Positions 27,714-38,429 of a stretch of DNA of 57,794 nt are shown piece after piece; the first letter of the stretch is position 1, and the number at the start of each line of letters is the position of its first letter. Both the position numbers and the translations under genes were made by a program. Source of the stretch: Syntrophus sp. (in: bacteria) (lineage in GTDB: Bacteria; Desulfobacterota; Syntrophia; Syntrophales; UBA8958); contig JANXZC010000034.1 of NCBI GenBank assembly GCA_025355725.1, positions 1 through 57,794 on the forward strand. Direction: 5' to 3'. The notes under the pieces are model-generated. The model saw nothing but the letters and a program-made list of their open reading frames with translations. It did not search any database and was not told the DNA's origin.

Positions 27714-28324
27714 TGAAAAAGTTCACAGTCGTTATGATCCTGTGCGCCCTGGCCGTGCTTACGGTCGGATGCGCATCCACATCAACGCGATTATACACGC
27801 TCAGCCCCACTGCAAAACCGGTGACAGAGACGTTAATCCTCACAATCACCGTAGGTCCCGTGTCCTTACCGGCAGCCGTCGATCGCCCCCAACTTGTGCT
27901 GAGCCCTGCCCCCAATCAGGTTTCCATCGACGAATTCAACCGCTGGGCCTCACCTCTGAAAAGCGACATCGCCCGCGTCGTAGCCGAGAATCTTTCCCTG
28001 CTCCTGGGCTCGCCTTATGTCTCCGTATTTCCCCAGTCCGTATCCGTATCTCCATCCTACCGTGTCGTCATCGATGTAATGCGTTTTGAATCCGTCCCGG
28101 GAGAGACGGCCAAGCTGAGCGCCATCTGGTCGGTACGGTCAACAGCAGACGGACAATCACAAGGGGGTAGCACGACATTGGCCGAACCAGTCCGGGAAAA
28201 TTCCTACGCCGCCCTGATCGCCGCCCATAGCAGGATGCTGGGTGGTTTGAGCAGCGACATTGCGGCGGCCATCCGCACGCTGGCGGCGGCCGGTCGGAAA
28301 GGAAACCCCGAGGTTGCTAAATAG
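27710..28324 (+). CDS. pqiC: PqiC-family lipoprotein
   Basis: Lipobox TVGC, VGPVSLPAAVDRPQLV, NRWASPL. Confidence 0.85.
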   Translation: MMKKFTVVMILCALAVLTVGCASTSTRLYTLSPTAKPVTETLILTITVGPVSLPAAVDRPQLVLSPAPNQVSIDEFNRWASPLKSDIARVVAENLSLLLGSPYVSVFPQSVSVSPSYRVVIDVMRFESVPGETAKLSAIWSVRSTADGQSQGGSTTLAEPVRENSYAALIAAHSRMLGGLSSDIAAAIRTLAAAGRKGNPEVAK

Positions 28325-28365
28325 ACGGAGATGGCAAGGGGTCGGAAATACTGCTTACGCCAGCA

Positions 28366-29481
28366 TTACGAATAAATGAGTTCATAACTGACGGACCTTC
28401 CCTTTCCGATCCGTTTCAACACCCCCAGTTGATGGAGTTGATCCAGTTCCCTGTATGCGGTAGCCGGGCTGACCTTTGCGATTGAGGCATATTTCCGGGT
28501 CGTCAGGTTCCCTTCAAATCCACCCGGTTCATCTAGAACACGGTTAATCACCTTGAGTTGCCGCTCCGTCAGCGGCGTTTGGAGATGTTGTTGCCAAAAC
28601 CGCACCTTCGCAGCTACTTCGCCAAGAACCGTCGCTGAGTGCTCAACGGCCCTTTTGAAACAGTCCAGGAACCAGAGCAGCCATTCGGTGACATTACCGC
28701 TCCTTTTTGATGTTTTTTCCAGAATTCGATAATAATCGTCCCGATCGACCATGATCTGCGCCGATAAGCTGTAATAGCGGATTCGCTGCCCGTCGTCCTG
28801 CGCCAACGCCATATCCGTCAAGGCACGGGCGATTCTGCCGTTGCCGTCATCAAAGGGATGGATGGCTACAAACAAGAAATGGGCAATGGCCGCTCTGACG
28901 ATACCCTCCAAGGCGCCTTGGCTGTCTTTCCACCAGAGAAGGAAGCGGTTCATTTCCAAGTCTATTCTGTCTGCGGGCGGCGCTTCGTAGTGGATTATTT
29001 CCTTGCCGAGCGGCCCGGATACCACCTGCAGCGCCTCCGCGCTTTTGCGCCATGAACCAACTTGTATCTTGTGAAGACCGGAATAGCCCGTTGGGAAAAG
29101 GGAGGCCTGCCATCCCCACAGGCGCGTAGGCGTCAGCGGTTCTGCATGATTCCGGGTGGCGTCGAAAAGTATTGCCATCAGGTCGTCTATACGCCGATCG
29201 ACGGGAAGACCGGCAGCGGGAAGGCCCAGTTTGCGGGCAACGGATGAACGTACAGAGCGTACATCCAGGGATTCTCCTTCAATTGCCGAGGTTTTCAGGA
29301 TTTCTTCTGTAAAAAATGCCGCTTGAACTTGATTCTCCAAATCAAAACCAATAGAACTGACGGCATGGAGAAGTCCTCCCTGCAATTGGCGGCATACACC
29401 CAGAGAAGAGAGGAGCGCCTCCGCGTTCCACGTCAATTGGGGCCAATCAGGCTGCTGCCATACATATTGATTTGATTTCAT
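28366..29481 (-). CDS. Fic family protein (DUF4172 N-terminus, C-terminal winged HTH)
   Basis: WQQPDWP, TSAIEGE, HPFDDGNGRIAR Fic motif, ATAYREL helix. Confidence 0.9.
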   Translation of the reverse strand: MKSNQYVWQQPDWPQLTWNAEALLSSLGVCRQLQGGLLHAVSSIGFDLENQVQAAFFTEEILKTSAIEGESLDVRSVRSSVARKLGLPAAGLPVDRRIDDLMAILFDATRNHAEPLTPTRLWGWQASLFPTGYSGLHKIQVGSWRKSAEALQVVSGPLGKEIIHYEAPPADRIDLEMNRFLLWWKDSQGALEGIVRAAIAHFLFVAIHPFDDGNGRIARALTDMALAQDDGQRIRYYSLSAQIMVDRDDYYRILEKTSKRSGNVTEWLLWFLDCFKRAVEHSATVLGEVAAKVRFWQQHLQTPLTERQLKVINRVLDEPGGFEGNLTTRKYASIAKVSPATAYRELDQLHQLGVLKRIGKGRSVSYELIYS

Positions 29482-29566
29482 CGCCTAATCAATTCACGTT
29501 ATGATACGATTAGCGGTTATTATCACATCATGCCAAAGAATAGCAATGGCCTTTCAGACGTATATT

Positions 29567-30190
29567 TCAAGGCAGCATCATACCTATCAGGAACGTTATG
29601 ATAGAGCGGAATACTCGAATTACCGGGTCTAATGCGCCAAAGAACAATAATCCGATGATAATGAAAAATCCATAGGGTTCAAGTTTGGACAGGGCGTATT
29701 GCATCCTTTCTGAAACAAAGCCCATGAGGATTTTCGATCCATCGAGTGGCGGTATGGGGATCAGGTTGAAGGCGGCCAAGATAATGTTGATCTGAGCAGT
29801 GTAATAAAGGGCTTTGGCGGTGACGCTGGACGGCATAGGTTGTAATATCTGGGACAAGAGTATTGCTATAAAAGCGATCGCTATGTTGGCAATAATACCC
29901 GCTGAGGAAACCAGTATCAGTCCTTGCCGATAATTGCGGATGTTGCCAAGATCAACCGGAACAGGCCTGGCCCATCCAAAACCGGCAAGAAAAAGCATCA
30001 GCGTACCGATCGGATCAAGATGCTTCAGGGGATTCAGAGTCAATCTGCCCATCATTTTCGCTGTTGGATCACCCATTTTGGATGCAACCCACCCATGTGC
30101 AAGTTCATGAAGGATGATAGAGTAGAGTAGTGGTATGGCAATCAGAATAAAAGTTGTCGGATCGGAAATCAGTAGATTGAGTAGTCCCAT
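29567..30190 (-). CDS. site-2 protease (peptidase M50)
   Basis: [26 protein letters not shown]. Confidence 0.92.
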   Translation of the reverse strand: MGLLNLLISDPTTFILIAIPLLYSIILHELAHGWVASKMGDPTAKMMGRLTLNPLKHLDPIGTLMLFLAGFGWARPVPVDLGNIRNYRQGLILVSSAGIIANIAIAFIAILLSQILQPMPSSVTAKALYYTAQINIILAAFNLIPIPPLDGSKILMGFVSERMQYALSKLEPYGFFIIIGLLFFGALDPVIRVFRSIITFLIGMMLP

Positions 30191-30553
30191 AATGGCAAAA
30201 TGAATACTAGATAAAAATAATCTGCTTGTTAAACCGGCGCATGGTAGCTGCGCCTGGTTGATGATAATTTCCCGCTTCCTACCTTGGAGCGCTTATATAA
30301 TCTCTGATCCATTTTGTATATCGTTATTTCAGATAATAAAAAACCTGGTTTGCAAACCGTTGTCAAAAACAATCCATTGGACTTTTCTGAGGTTTTGACT
30401 ATAACGGGATGCAAAATGTAACTTTTCCAACCATTCCGGATCGCCAAGGACCTGCCGGATCTTGGCCAGGTGACGGTGCTTATGGGTGGCGTCAACTTAC
30501 AGATGGACCCTCATTGTGCATGATTGTTGGGATTACTCCAAGAAGGCGGAACC

Positions 30554-32203
30554 ATGAAACTGGTCCTGGCGGCCATTCACATCAAACCATCACCCCGGGC
30601 CATGCCCCTGGGCCCCGCCATGCTCGCGGCGGTGCTTAGGAGGGCTTTCGGGGATGAGATCCATACCCGCATCCTGAATCTCTTTATGGATCAAACGGCG
30701 GGCGAGTGCGCGGATCGAATCCTCGCATCGGATCCGGACCATGTCGGGTTTTCGATGTATGTCTGGAACCGCGACCTGACCCTGGAGATTGCCTCGCTCC
30801 TGAAACAACGGCGACCGGGCCTCGTCACCTTCGTAGGAGGGGCCGAAGCCACGGCGGATCAAGTGAGCGTCCTGGGCGATCCCGCGATGGATTTCGTCCT
30901 GATGGGTGAAGGGGAGGAGCTCATCGTCGAGAGCTTGGGCCGCCTCCTCAAGGGAGCGACACCCCAAGAGATCGCCGCCTCCGCAAAACCGATCCCCGTG
31001 AAGGATCTCGCCACCCTGCCCTCCCCGTTCCTTGATGGCACGCTAAGGCTGGCCGACTACGGCGGCGCACTCTGGGAATTGTCCCGGGGCTGCCCTTTCA
31101 CCTGCGATTTCTGTTTTGAATCCCGCGGCACAGCGGGCATCCGCAGGGTTCCCATGGACCGGGTGGAAGCCGAGTTGGATCTCTTCGCCGCCAGCGGAAT
31201 CAGCGAGGTCTTCGTACTGGACCCCACCTTCAACTATCACAAGGCCAACGCGAAGAAGGTGCTGCGCCTCATTGCGGTGAAGGCCCCGGATATCCACTTC
31301 TTCTTCGAGATTCGCAGCGAGTTCATCGACCGGGAAATGGCCGGACTCTTCGCAGCCATCCGGTGCTCCTTGCAGATCGGCCTGCAGAGCGCCCATGACC
31401 AGGTGCTCCGGAACATCAGCCGCAGCTTTGATCCCGCAGCTTTCGAGGCCAAGATTCTCCTCCTTCACAATGCTGACGTCACCTACGGCTTCGACCTCAT
31501 CTACGGGTTGCCCGGCGACTCCCTGGAAGGCTTCCGCGCCAGCCTGGATTTCGCCATGAGCCTTGTCCCCAATCACATAGACGTCTTCCGCCTCGCCGTC
31601 CTCCCGGGCACCCGCCTGGCCGAAACCGCACCGGCGCTGAATCTGGAATACGAGGCGTCAAACCCCTATCATGTAATCGCCTCACCGACCTTCAGCGGGG
31701 AGGACATGGCGCTGGCCGCGCGGATCGCTCACGGCTGCGATGTCCTCTACAACCAAGGCAAGGCCGTGCCCTGGTTCGGCATCATCCTGGAAGCCCTGGA
31801 AATGTCGCCGGCAGAGATGTTCGAGCGCTTCGCCACCTGGCTGGAAGCCCACCCCTCCGAAGATCTCACCCAAACCCAACGGGATTTCATTGGCTCCCTC
31901 TTCGAGGAAGGGGGTGATTCCCTGCTGGGAAGCATCACCGCAGACATCATCAGCTACTTCGGCTATTCTGCAGAGCTGATGGATGACCGGCCGATGGAGT
32001 CGGACCGCCACGATCCGCCTTCCCGCCGCGTGGCCTTCAACCATGATCCCATAGATCTGCTGGCGCAGATGGAGGCCGGAACGATCAGCCTGGAGGAACT
32101 CGCCCTCACCCTGCCGGGGAAGGCCTGCGATGCAGTGCTTTCTATAAGTGGCGGAACGATCCGTATCGAGACTCTGCACGTGCCACAGGCCGGGCGCCGC
32201 TAG
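30554..32203 (+). CDS. B12-binding domain radical SAM protein
   Basis: GFSMYVWN, GGAE, GEGEE, SRGCPFTCDFC, DLIYGLPG. Confidence 0.88.
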   Translation: MKLVLAAIHIKPSPRAMPLGPAMLAAVLRRAFGDEIHTRILNLFMDQTAGECADRILASDPDHVGFSMYVWNRDLTLEIASLLKQRRPGLVTFVGGAEATADQVSVLGDPAMDFVLMGEGEELIVESLGRLLKGATPQEIAASAKPIPVKDLATLPSPFLDGTLRLADYGGALWELSRGCPFTCDFCFESRGTAGIRRVPMDRVEAELDLFAASGISEVFVLDPTFNYHKANAKKVLRLIAVKAPDIHFFFEIRSEFIDREMAGLFAAIRCSLQIGLQSAHDQVLRNISRSFDPAAFEAKILLLHNADVTYGFDLIYGLPGDSLEGFRASLDFAMSLVPNHIDVFRLAVLPGTRLAETAPALNLEYEASNPYHVIASPTFSGEDMALAARIAHGCDVLYNQGKAVPWFGIILEALEMSPAEMFERFATWLEAHPSEDLTQTQRDFIGSLFEEGGDSLLGSITADIISYFGYSAELMDDRPMESDRHDPPSRRVAFNHDPIDLLAQMEAGTISLEELALTLPGKACDAVLSISGGTIRIETLHVPQAGRR

Positions 32204-32409
32204 AACCACCGGCCCCTGCGTTTTGATGTGCTCACAAGCATGGGCTGGCCGCAGGTTCCACAAGGGATGGGTTCGGTGCGTGTGAAGGGAGGCAGGTGCC
32301 TCCCCCCAGGCATGATCGGAAAATATCTGAAATGAAATTTGGCTGCTTCTGAACCGGCTAGGCATCGTCCAGGAAGGATCTCATAGCCGGTACATGTTTT
32401 ATTACTTTT

Positions 32410-33003
32410 TTACTTCTTGGACTTGGCGTCCTGCGCGGCGTAGTAGTAGTCAAACTCCTGCACGGCAATCACGCCGTCGCCGTTTTTGTCAATATCTTTA
32501 AACTGTTTCTTCGCCGCCGCCAGGAATTCATCCATGGTCAGCTTCCCGTCCTTGTTGGTATCCATATCACTGTAACGGGCCACCCAAAAGGCTACGCACT
32601 CATCCTTCGAGATTTTGCCGTCCTTGTTGGCAGCGATTTTCTTCATCGGTTTCGCCTTCGCCTTTTTCGGGACCTTGGCGTCGGGGCCGCAATAGTAGGC
32701 GACAAACTCCTGGGCCACCAGGGTGCTGTCCTTGTTGGCATCCATGCTGCTGAACTGCTGCTTCGTACTGGCCTCGAATTCGGCGGCCATGATCTTGCCG
32801 TCCTTATTGGCGTCGATGTCAGCGAAACGTCCCTTCCAGTAGGCGTCATATTCCGCCACGGTTATGATGCCGTCGCCGTTGGTGTCGATCTTGGCAAACG
32901 CCGTCTGCGTAACAACGGGCGACTTCCCCTGGGCCATGGCGACTCCCAGACCAACTGCCAGGACCAGCATGACAACCAATCCCATTCCCCATACCTTTTT
33001 CAT
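32410..33003 (-). CDS. exported multi-EF-hand protein
   Basis: Signal peptide ending AMA; repeated DxNxDG loops (DTNGDG, DANKDG, DTNKDG, DKNGDG). Confidence 0.85.
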   Translation of the reverse strand: MKKVWGMGLVVMLVLAVGLGVAMAQGKSPVVTQTAFAKIDTNGDGIITVAEYDAYWKGRFADIDANKDGKIMAAEFEASTKQQFSSMDANKDSTLVAQEFVAYYCGPDAKVPKKAKAKPMKKIAANKDGKISKDECVAFWVARYSDMDTNKDGKLTMDEFLAAAKKQFKDIDKNGDGVIAVQEFDYYYAAQDAKSKK

Positions 33004-33085
33004 AACATTCCTCCTTGAAATTCCACCATCGCGGTTATGACTGCCCTACTAACATCCCTGCCCAAAATGGGCACAACGAAGCATG

Positions 33086-33140
33086 AAAATCACCCCTTAC
33101 TCCCCCTTTGCCAAAGGGGGCGGTAAGGGGCACTGATTTT
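33086..33140. terminator. long inverted repeat / REP-like hairpin
   Basis: AAAATCA-CCCCTTAC-TCCCCCTTTG/CAAAGGGGG-CG-GTAAGGGG-CAC-TGATTTT. Confidence 0.55.
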
Positions 33141-33152
33141 TATATAAATACT

Positions 33153-33740
33153 TTACTTCTTGGGGGCCTCAACAACTATTGCCAGGGCCTCGGTGTACCG
33201 GACTACAATATCATCACCCTTCTTCAGAGCTTTGAGCCCCTTGACTTTCTTGTCGACCTTCATGGTTTTGGTCTCGCCGGCAGGAGTGGTAATCGTCACG
33301 GTGCCTTTCTTGGCGTCCACAGCGTCAATCTTGGCTTTGAGGACGATGGTATCCGTCACGAGCACACCCGGCTTGGAGCCTTTGGGCGCCAGGGTCACAG
33401 TTCTGACTTCTTCGCCGCCGGCCGGAGCTCCGGCCTTCTGGAGGTAAACCGCCAGGGCTTCCACGAAGGTGACCTTAAGCAGGTCTCCCACTTTGATCTG
33501 GTCGAAATTCCTGACCTCGGGCCCGCAGGTAATGGTCTTGGACTTGCCGTCCATCTCGAGGGTCACCGTCCGCTTGGCCGCGTCGATGGCCGTCACTTTC
33601 GCCGTCGCCTTAACGGTGTCAACCACCACGGCTCCCGGCTCTCCTGCCGGTTTCTTTGCCGCCTTATCGGCCGCAAACGCGAACTGCGTACCCACCGCCA
33701 GTATCGCGGCCATTGCTAATACAATAAATCTTTTCTTCAT
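33153..33740 (-). CDS. exported hypothetical protein with two OB-fold-like repeats
   Basis: Signal peptide ending AFA; internal repeat KVTAIDAAKRTVTL..KVGD..EALAV / KIDAVDAKKGTVTI..KKGD..EALAI. Confidence 0.75.
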   Translation of the reverse strand: MKKRFIVLAMAAILAVGTQFAFAADKAAKKPAGEPGAVVVDTVKATAKVTAIDAAKRTVTLEMDGKSKTITCGPEVRNFDQIKVGDLLKVTFVEALAVYLQKAGAPAGGEEVRTVTLAPKGSKPGVLVTDTIVLKAKIDAVDAKKGTVTITTPAGETKTMKVDKKVKGLKALKKGDDIVVRYTEALAIVVEAPKK

Positions 33741-33963
33741 TTACTACCTCCTGTTGGTAAATTTTCTCACGGGCAATCCCGCGGAGTCTATCTTGAATGG
33801 TTTTGCCGCAGTCTGCAAGTCAACACTGTCGGCTACTTCTCTTGATAACATATAACTTATTCAAGGCCGGACATTAAAAGGTCCAGTCCTTCATGTCAAG
33901 GAAATACTGCCCGCGACAGGGAAACGCGCAAGCTACATAGCGCCTGCACGATCATTTATGGTG

Positions 33964-34284
33964 CTATCTGTTATCTTCATAAACGAAGGAATCATCAGGG
34001 ATCGCAGTGGCCGGTCCCCAGCCATACCCAAGCCCTTTCATACAGTCATTCATTCGACCTGTAACGGCAGCTTCATCCAGCGGCTTTCCCGCATCGGCCT
34101 TGAACTTAGCCAAATCATCCTCACACTGCAACTTGTCATTCTGAAAGTTCAACGGCGCCTTCTGGTCATGATGATACCAGACATAACTGGTGCAACCGCT
34201 GAAGCTAATCAGCGAAAAAACGATGATTAACCCGATTAAAATACCCTTTGCCGAGATACGATTTCCATAAGACCGCATATCCAC
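33964..34284 (-). CDS. small lipoprotein, hypothetical
   Basis: Lipobox FSGC; C..CMKGLGY motif; GGAGG near start. Confidence 0.65.
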   Translation of the reverse strand: MDMRSYGNRISAKGILIGLIIVFSLISFSGCTSYVWYHHDQKAPLNFQNDKLQCEDDLAKFKADAGKPLDEAAVTGRMNDCMKGLGYGWGPATAIPDDSFVYEDNR

Positions 34285-34321
34285 CTCCCTTTAAAAAAGC
34301 TTTTGTACTGCCCTGTGACGA

Positions 34322-35209
34322 TTATTGATCGTAACCAAATTCCTTAACCAGTCGCTCGCTGTGCGTCCAGTCCTTTTGAACCCGCACAAACAACTCGAGG
34401 AATATCTTGGTGGCAAAAAAATGTTCCATATCGAGACGGGCCGCCGTCCCGATCCTTTTCATCATAGATCCTTTCTGGCCGATAAGGATCTTTTTCTGGG
34501 AATCCCGTTCCACATGAATGGTGGCCTGGATGCGGATCAGATCCTTCCCTTCCACTTCCTGGAAGGACTCTACGACGACAGCCGTCGCATAAGGTATTTC
34601 GCGGTGTGTCAAAAGAAGTATTTTTTCTCTGACAATCTCAGCGGCGATAAATCTTTCCGAGCGGTCGGTGAGCATGTCTTCGGGGAAGTAGGGTGGTCCC
34701 TCGGGGAGGAGATCCTGGATTTCCTGAAGGAGGGCCGGGACGCCGTCGCCGGTCCGGGCGCAAACGGGAAAGAACGCATGGAAGGGAAAGGCCAGGCGAG
34801 CTTCTTCAATAAGAGGTAGGAGCGTGTCTTTTATGACAAGATCGATCTTGTTGATTACCAGGATCGCCCGTTGATGATAAGGTGCGAGAGATTCGAACAA
34901 GGCCAGGTCATCGGGGTAAATACGGTTGCCAGCCTCAATAAGCACCATGAGGACATCGACATCGCCAAAAACATTTCTGGCTGTTTTCACCATGGCTGTA
35001 TTCAGGGGCTTATGGGGATCATGAATCCCCGGGGTGTCCAAGAAAATCATCTGTCCATCGACAAGATGCTTGATCCCCATGATCTTGTTTCTCGTTGTTT
35101 GCGGTTTGGGGCTCGTGATGGCAATGGTTTCCCCCATGATGCTGTTGAGAAGCGTTGATTTGCCGACATTCGGTCTGCCCACGATGCCGATGAAGCCCGA
35201 TTTGAACAT
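34322..35209 (-). CDS. era: GTPase Era
   Basis: GRPNVGKSTL, KPQTTR, DTPG, NKID, KH domain ILIGQKG. Confidence 0.97.
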   Translation of the reverse strand: MFKSGFIGIVGRPNVGKSTLLNSIMGETIAITSPKPQTTRNKIMGIKHLVDGQMIFLDTPGIHDPHKPLNTAMVKTARNVFGDVDVLMVLIEAGNRIYPDDLALFESLAPYHQRAILVINKIDLVIKDTLLPLIEEARLAFPFHAFFPVCARTGDGVPALLQEIQDLLPEGPPYFPEDMLTDRSERFIAAEIVREKILLLTHREIPYATAVVVESFQEVEGKDLIRIQATIHVERDSQKKILIGQKGSMMKRIGTAARLDMEHFFATKIFLELFVRVQKDWTHSERLVKEFGYDQ

Positions 35210-35229
35210 GCTTATTTTCCCTCGTCCTT

Positions 35230-36237
35230 TCAGGAGATGCTGTAATTGAAGGTCTGATTCCCGGGTTTGATCTCCAGCGCTGCAAACTGGAATTGCTTCT
35301 GTAATAAATCGATATTGCGGTTCTTATTGCCGCGGAAGGCGCTTTCCTGCCTTGCGGGCACATACATGATCAGCCTTTTGTTCCGGACATCGGTGCCATC
35401 AAGTAATGTCACTGCCCGCTCCAGCCAGATGGCCTCGGCAACCAGGGATCCGAAGGCGGGGTGATATGGCCCCCCAAGAACGGCGCCGGGACTGGTCATC
35501 ATATCCGTTGTCTGGAGGCCCAGGCGGATGACCGGGATCCCTTCCTTTTGAAAGCACCGGCAGGCCTCCTTGGAGAGATCAACTGCCTCCCCGAGAGACA
35601 AGGGCTGGTAGCGTCCCCGCCGGAAGTCCTCTGCCAGCGGCGTATCGGTTAGAACCAGGGTGGGATGAATCCGCACGCCGTCAGGGCGGAGTGCTATCGT
35701 TCGAGCTACGGTTTCACCAAAGCTCGTGCGGTTATCTCCGGGCAAACCAACCATCAGGTGCAGGATCACTTCAAAGCCATAATTTTGTAAGAGTTCGACG
35801 GCGTATTCAACATCCTCCCCGGTGTGTCCCCGCTGTGAGGCCTCCAGAACACTGTTGACAAAGGACTGAGCGCCCAGTTCGACGGTTTTGACGCCAAAAG
35901 CTGCCAGGCGTTCCATATCAATAATATGCAGGGCGTCGGGGCGGGTCGAAATCCTGATCCCTTCCACAGCGCAATTTTCCACATGACGATGGGCCAGGCC
36001 AAGGAGGCGATCCTGTTCCGCTGCCTCCAGGCCCGTAAAATTTCCCCCGTAAAAAGCAATCTGTACCCCTTTTGCCGGCTTTGCCCTGGGGGTGTGAGAA
36101 GCTAAAAAGGTTCTGATCTTTTCATTAAAAGACTCGTCCGTCCAATCAGCCGGTCCCTGGTTCCCGGAGATCTGCTGGTTACAGAAGACGCAACGGTGTG
36201 GACAACCCCGGTTTTGAATAAAGAAAGGGATAATCAT
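35230..36237 (-). CDS. radical SAM protein (Elp3/YhcC-like, rnc-era linked)
   Basis: GCPHRCVFCNQ, FYGG, ISTRPD, VELGAQS, GPYHPAFG. Confidence 0.85.
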   Translation of the reverse strand: MIIPFFIQNRGCPHRCVFCNQQISGNQGPADWTDESFNEKIRTFLASHTPRAKPAKGVQIAFYGGNFTGLEAAEQDRLLGLAHRHVENCAVEGIRISTRPDALHIIDMERLAAFGVKTVELGAQSFVNSVLEASQRGHTGEDVEYAVELLQNYGFEVILHLMVGLPGDNRTSFGETVARTIALRPDGVRIHPTLVLTDTPLAEDFRRGRYQPLSLGEAVDLSKEACRCFQKEGIPVIRLGLQTTDMMTSPGAVLGGPYHPAFGSLVAEAIWLERAVTLLDGTDVRNKRLIMYVPARQESAFRGNKNRNIDLLQKQFQFAALEIKPGNQTFNYSIS

Positions 36238-36956
36238 GATGCGGTTTCCGTGGTCTCAAAATATTCCAGCACTTTTCTGGCGGCCTGCTGCTCCGCTTCC
36301 TTCCTGCTTTTGCCTGTCCCCGTTTCTTTCACGGATTCGACTACCGCCAATTCCACTTCAAAGGTCTTGTCATGATCAGGTCCGTATTCATTGAGGAGTT
36401 GATATTTTGGCGTCTCGTGAAAACGGCTCTGGCAGAGTTCCTGGAGGGCCGATTTATAATCTCGAAAAGTGGTAACCCCTCCTTGCCCGGTGATGATCAT
36501 TTCTGCAAACAGGTCGGCAATAAGCCGGGAGGCTTGTGAATATCCACCGTCGAGATAGACGGCGGCCATGATAGCCTCGAAGGTGTCGGCGATGAGGGAT
36601 GTTTTTTCCCGGCCCCCGGATGCCTCCTCCCCTTTGCCCAGGAAGAGATGATTCCCCAGGCCGAATCTCCTGCCCAGGGCCGCCAGGGATTGTTCATTGA
36701 CCAGGGCCGCCCGCAGTTTGGAAAGCTGTCCTTCCGCATAATCGGGAAAACGCCTCATCAGAAGATCGCTGATGCATAGCTGCAGAACGGCATCCCCGAG
36801 GAATTCCAGGCGTTCATTGTCCTGGCAGGACAGGGACGGATTCTCATTGGTATAAGATCGATGGGTAAAGGCGTTGACAAGAAGCAGGGAATCCTGAAAA
36901 ACATATCCCAACGCCTGTTCGAGATCTTCAAATGCCGGTGTTTTTTCATTATCCAT
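36234..36956 (-). CDS. rnc: ribonuclease III
   Basis: NERLEFLGDAVL signature; dsRBD DYKSALQE..GPDHDKTF..SRKEAEQ. Confidence 0.97.
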   Translation of the reverse strand: MDNEKTPAFEDLEQALGYVFQDSLLLVNAFTHRSYTNENPSLSCQDNERLEFLGDAVLQLCISDLLMRRFPDYAEGQLSKLRAALVNEQSLAALGRRFGLGNHLFLGKGEEASGGREKTSLIADTFEAIMAAVYLDGGYSQASRLIADLFAEMIITGQGGVTTFRDYKSALQELCQSRFHETPKYQLLNEYGPDHDKTFEVELAVVESVKETGTGKSRKEAEQQAARKVLEYFETTETAS

Positions 36957-38286
36957 GATGTGCTCTTCCCACCAGTCCCCCGGAAATCAGCGATTCAGGT
37001 TTTACGGAGACAATGGTGTTGATCATTTCAGCGCGTCCGTCCTGAAGCAGCACGGGCAGGTAATTGTGCGAAAACCCCTTTAAATAGCCGCTGGCGCGAT
37101 CTTTTCTTTTTTCAATAAGCACCGGCAGGGTTGATCCGATAAATCTTCCCAGGAAGGCCTGGCGTTTCATCATTCCTAGTTTCCGGAGCGTCTGTCCCCG
37201 CCTTTTTTTGTCTTCCTCCCGCACCTGGCTTCCCATCCGGGCCGCCGCCGTTCCCGGACGCCGCGAGTAGGGAAAAACGTGGAGATAAGCGATGGGCAAG
37301 GACTCAATCAGGGCCGCTGTATTTTCAAATGCCTTTTCATCTTCTCCCGGGAAACCGACCATAACGTCCATTCCCACGGTCATATCAGGTCTGCTCGCAC
37401 AAACCTTCCCTACCAGGTCACGGGAAAAGGCGGCATCGTAATTGCGCCCCATCCTGGACAATATTCCGTCATCCCCGCTTTGCAGGGGGATATGGAGGTG
37501 TGGACATACGATCCGGGCGCTTTTCATGATTTCCAGGATCTCCTCGGTAATCTCCGTGGGTTCAAGGGAACTCAGGCGCAGACGTTCAATGGTCCGGTGT
37601 TCTTCCACCTGACGCAATATCCCGGCGAGAGAAGATCCATCCTGCCGGTCCTCTCCGTAGACCCCAAGGTGGATACCGGTCAGGACAACCTCACGGTATC
37701 CGTTTCGGGCCAGGGACTGAATCCTTTCCAGAACCTCTTCCTTCCCGATGCTGCGGCTTCGTCCCCGGGCATACGGGACTATGCAGTAGCTGCAAAAGGC
37801 GTTGCATCCATCCTGAATCTTCAGAAAGGCTCGCGTGTGCCCTGGGAATCCGGATACGGAACGGATTCCCCACTCCGTTATTTCCCTCCCGACGTCGCCT
37901 ACCTGGACGGATGGGACTGGTTCAGATGCCTTCCCGGACTGCGAGTTTTTCTGAATTTTCCCGATAATTTCGACAATACGATCTTTTTCCAGGGTTCCCG
38001 CCACGACCGTCACCCCGGGCATGCCGGTAAATACATGCGGAGCGGTCTGGGCGTAGCACCCCGTGACAATAATGGCGGCCTGGGGATTTCGTTTTCCGGC
38101 CCGGCGGATCAGTTGACGTGACTGGTAATCTGTCCGCCCGGTTACCGTACAGGTGTTGATAATGTAAAAATCGGCCTCCTCAAGGAACGGTACGAGGATA
38201 AATCCCTGTTTTTCAAGGGATTCGCCCATTGCCGCCGATTCATATTGATTCACTTTACAGCCCAAAGTCGTGATCGCTACCCGCAT
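36949..38286 (-). CDS. mtaB: tRNA t6A37 methylthiotransferase MtaB
   Basis: TLGCKVNQYE, INTCTVT, VTGCYAQ, KIQDGCNAFCSYC, LHVFPYSRRPGT. Confidence 0.92.
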   Translation of the reverse strand: MRVAITTLGCKVNQYESAAMGESLEKQGFILVPFLEEADFYIINTCTVTGRTDYQSRQLIRRAGKRNPQAAIIVTGCYAQTAPHVFTGMPGVTVVAGTLEKDRIVEIIGKIQKNSQSGKASEPVPSVQVGDVGREITEWGIRSVSGFPGHTRAFLKIQDGCNAFCSYCIVPYARGRSRSIGKEEVLERIQSLARNGYREVVLTGIHLGVYGEDRQDGSSLAGILRQVEEHRTIERLRLSSLEPTEITEEILEIMKSARIVCPHLHIPLQSGDDGILSRMGRNYDAAFSRDLVGKVCASRPDMTVGMDVMVGFPGEDEKAFENTAALIESLPIAYLHVFPYSRRPGTAAARMGSQVREEDKKRRGQTLRKLGMMKRQAFLGRFIGSTLPVLIEKRKDRASGYLKGFSHNYLPVLLQDGRAEMINTIVSVKPESLISGGLVGRAHHG

Positions 38287-38429
38287 GTCGATAACTTTAG
38301 CCGTTGCTCGATTCTTTTGTCAAGACGAAAGGATAACTGGATTTTTTTTAAATTTTCCGCTAAGAAAATACTCATCGTACTGGAATGTTATACCAGTTTG
38401 CATTCAAAAGGATAAAGAGGCGTCGATTC

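Noticed and set aside
30229-30540. Short ORFs / possible gene remnant upstream of the B12 radical SAM gene; possible cobalamin riboswitch
   Set aside because: No identifiable homology, and no B12-box consensus recognised.
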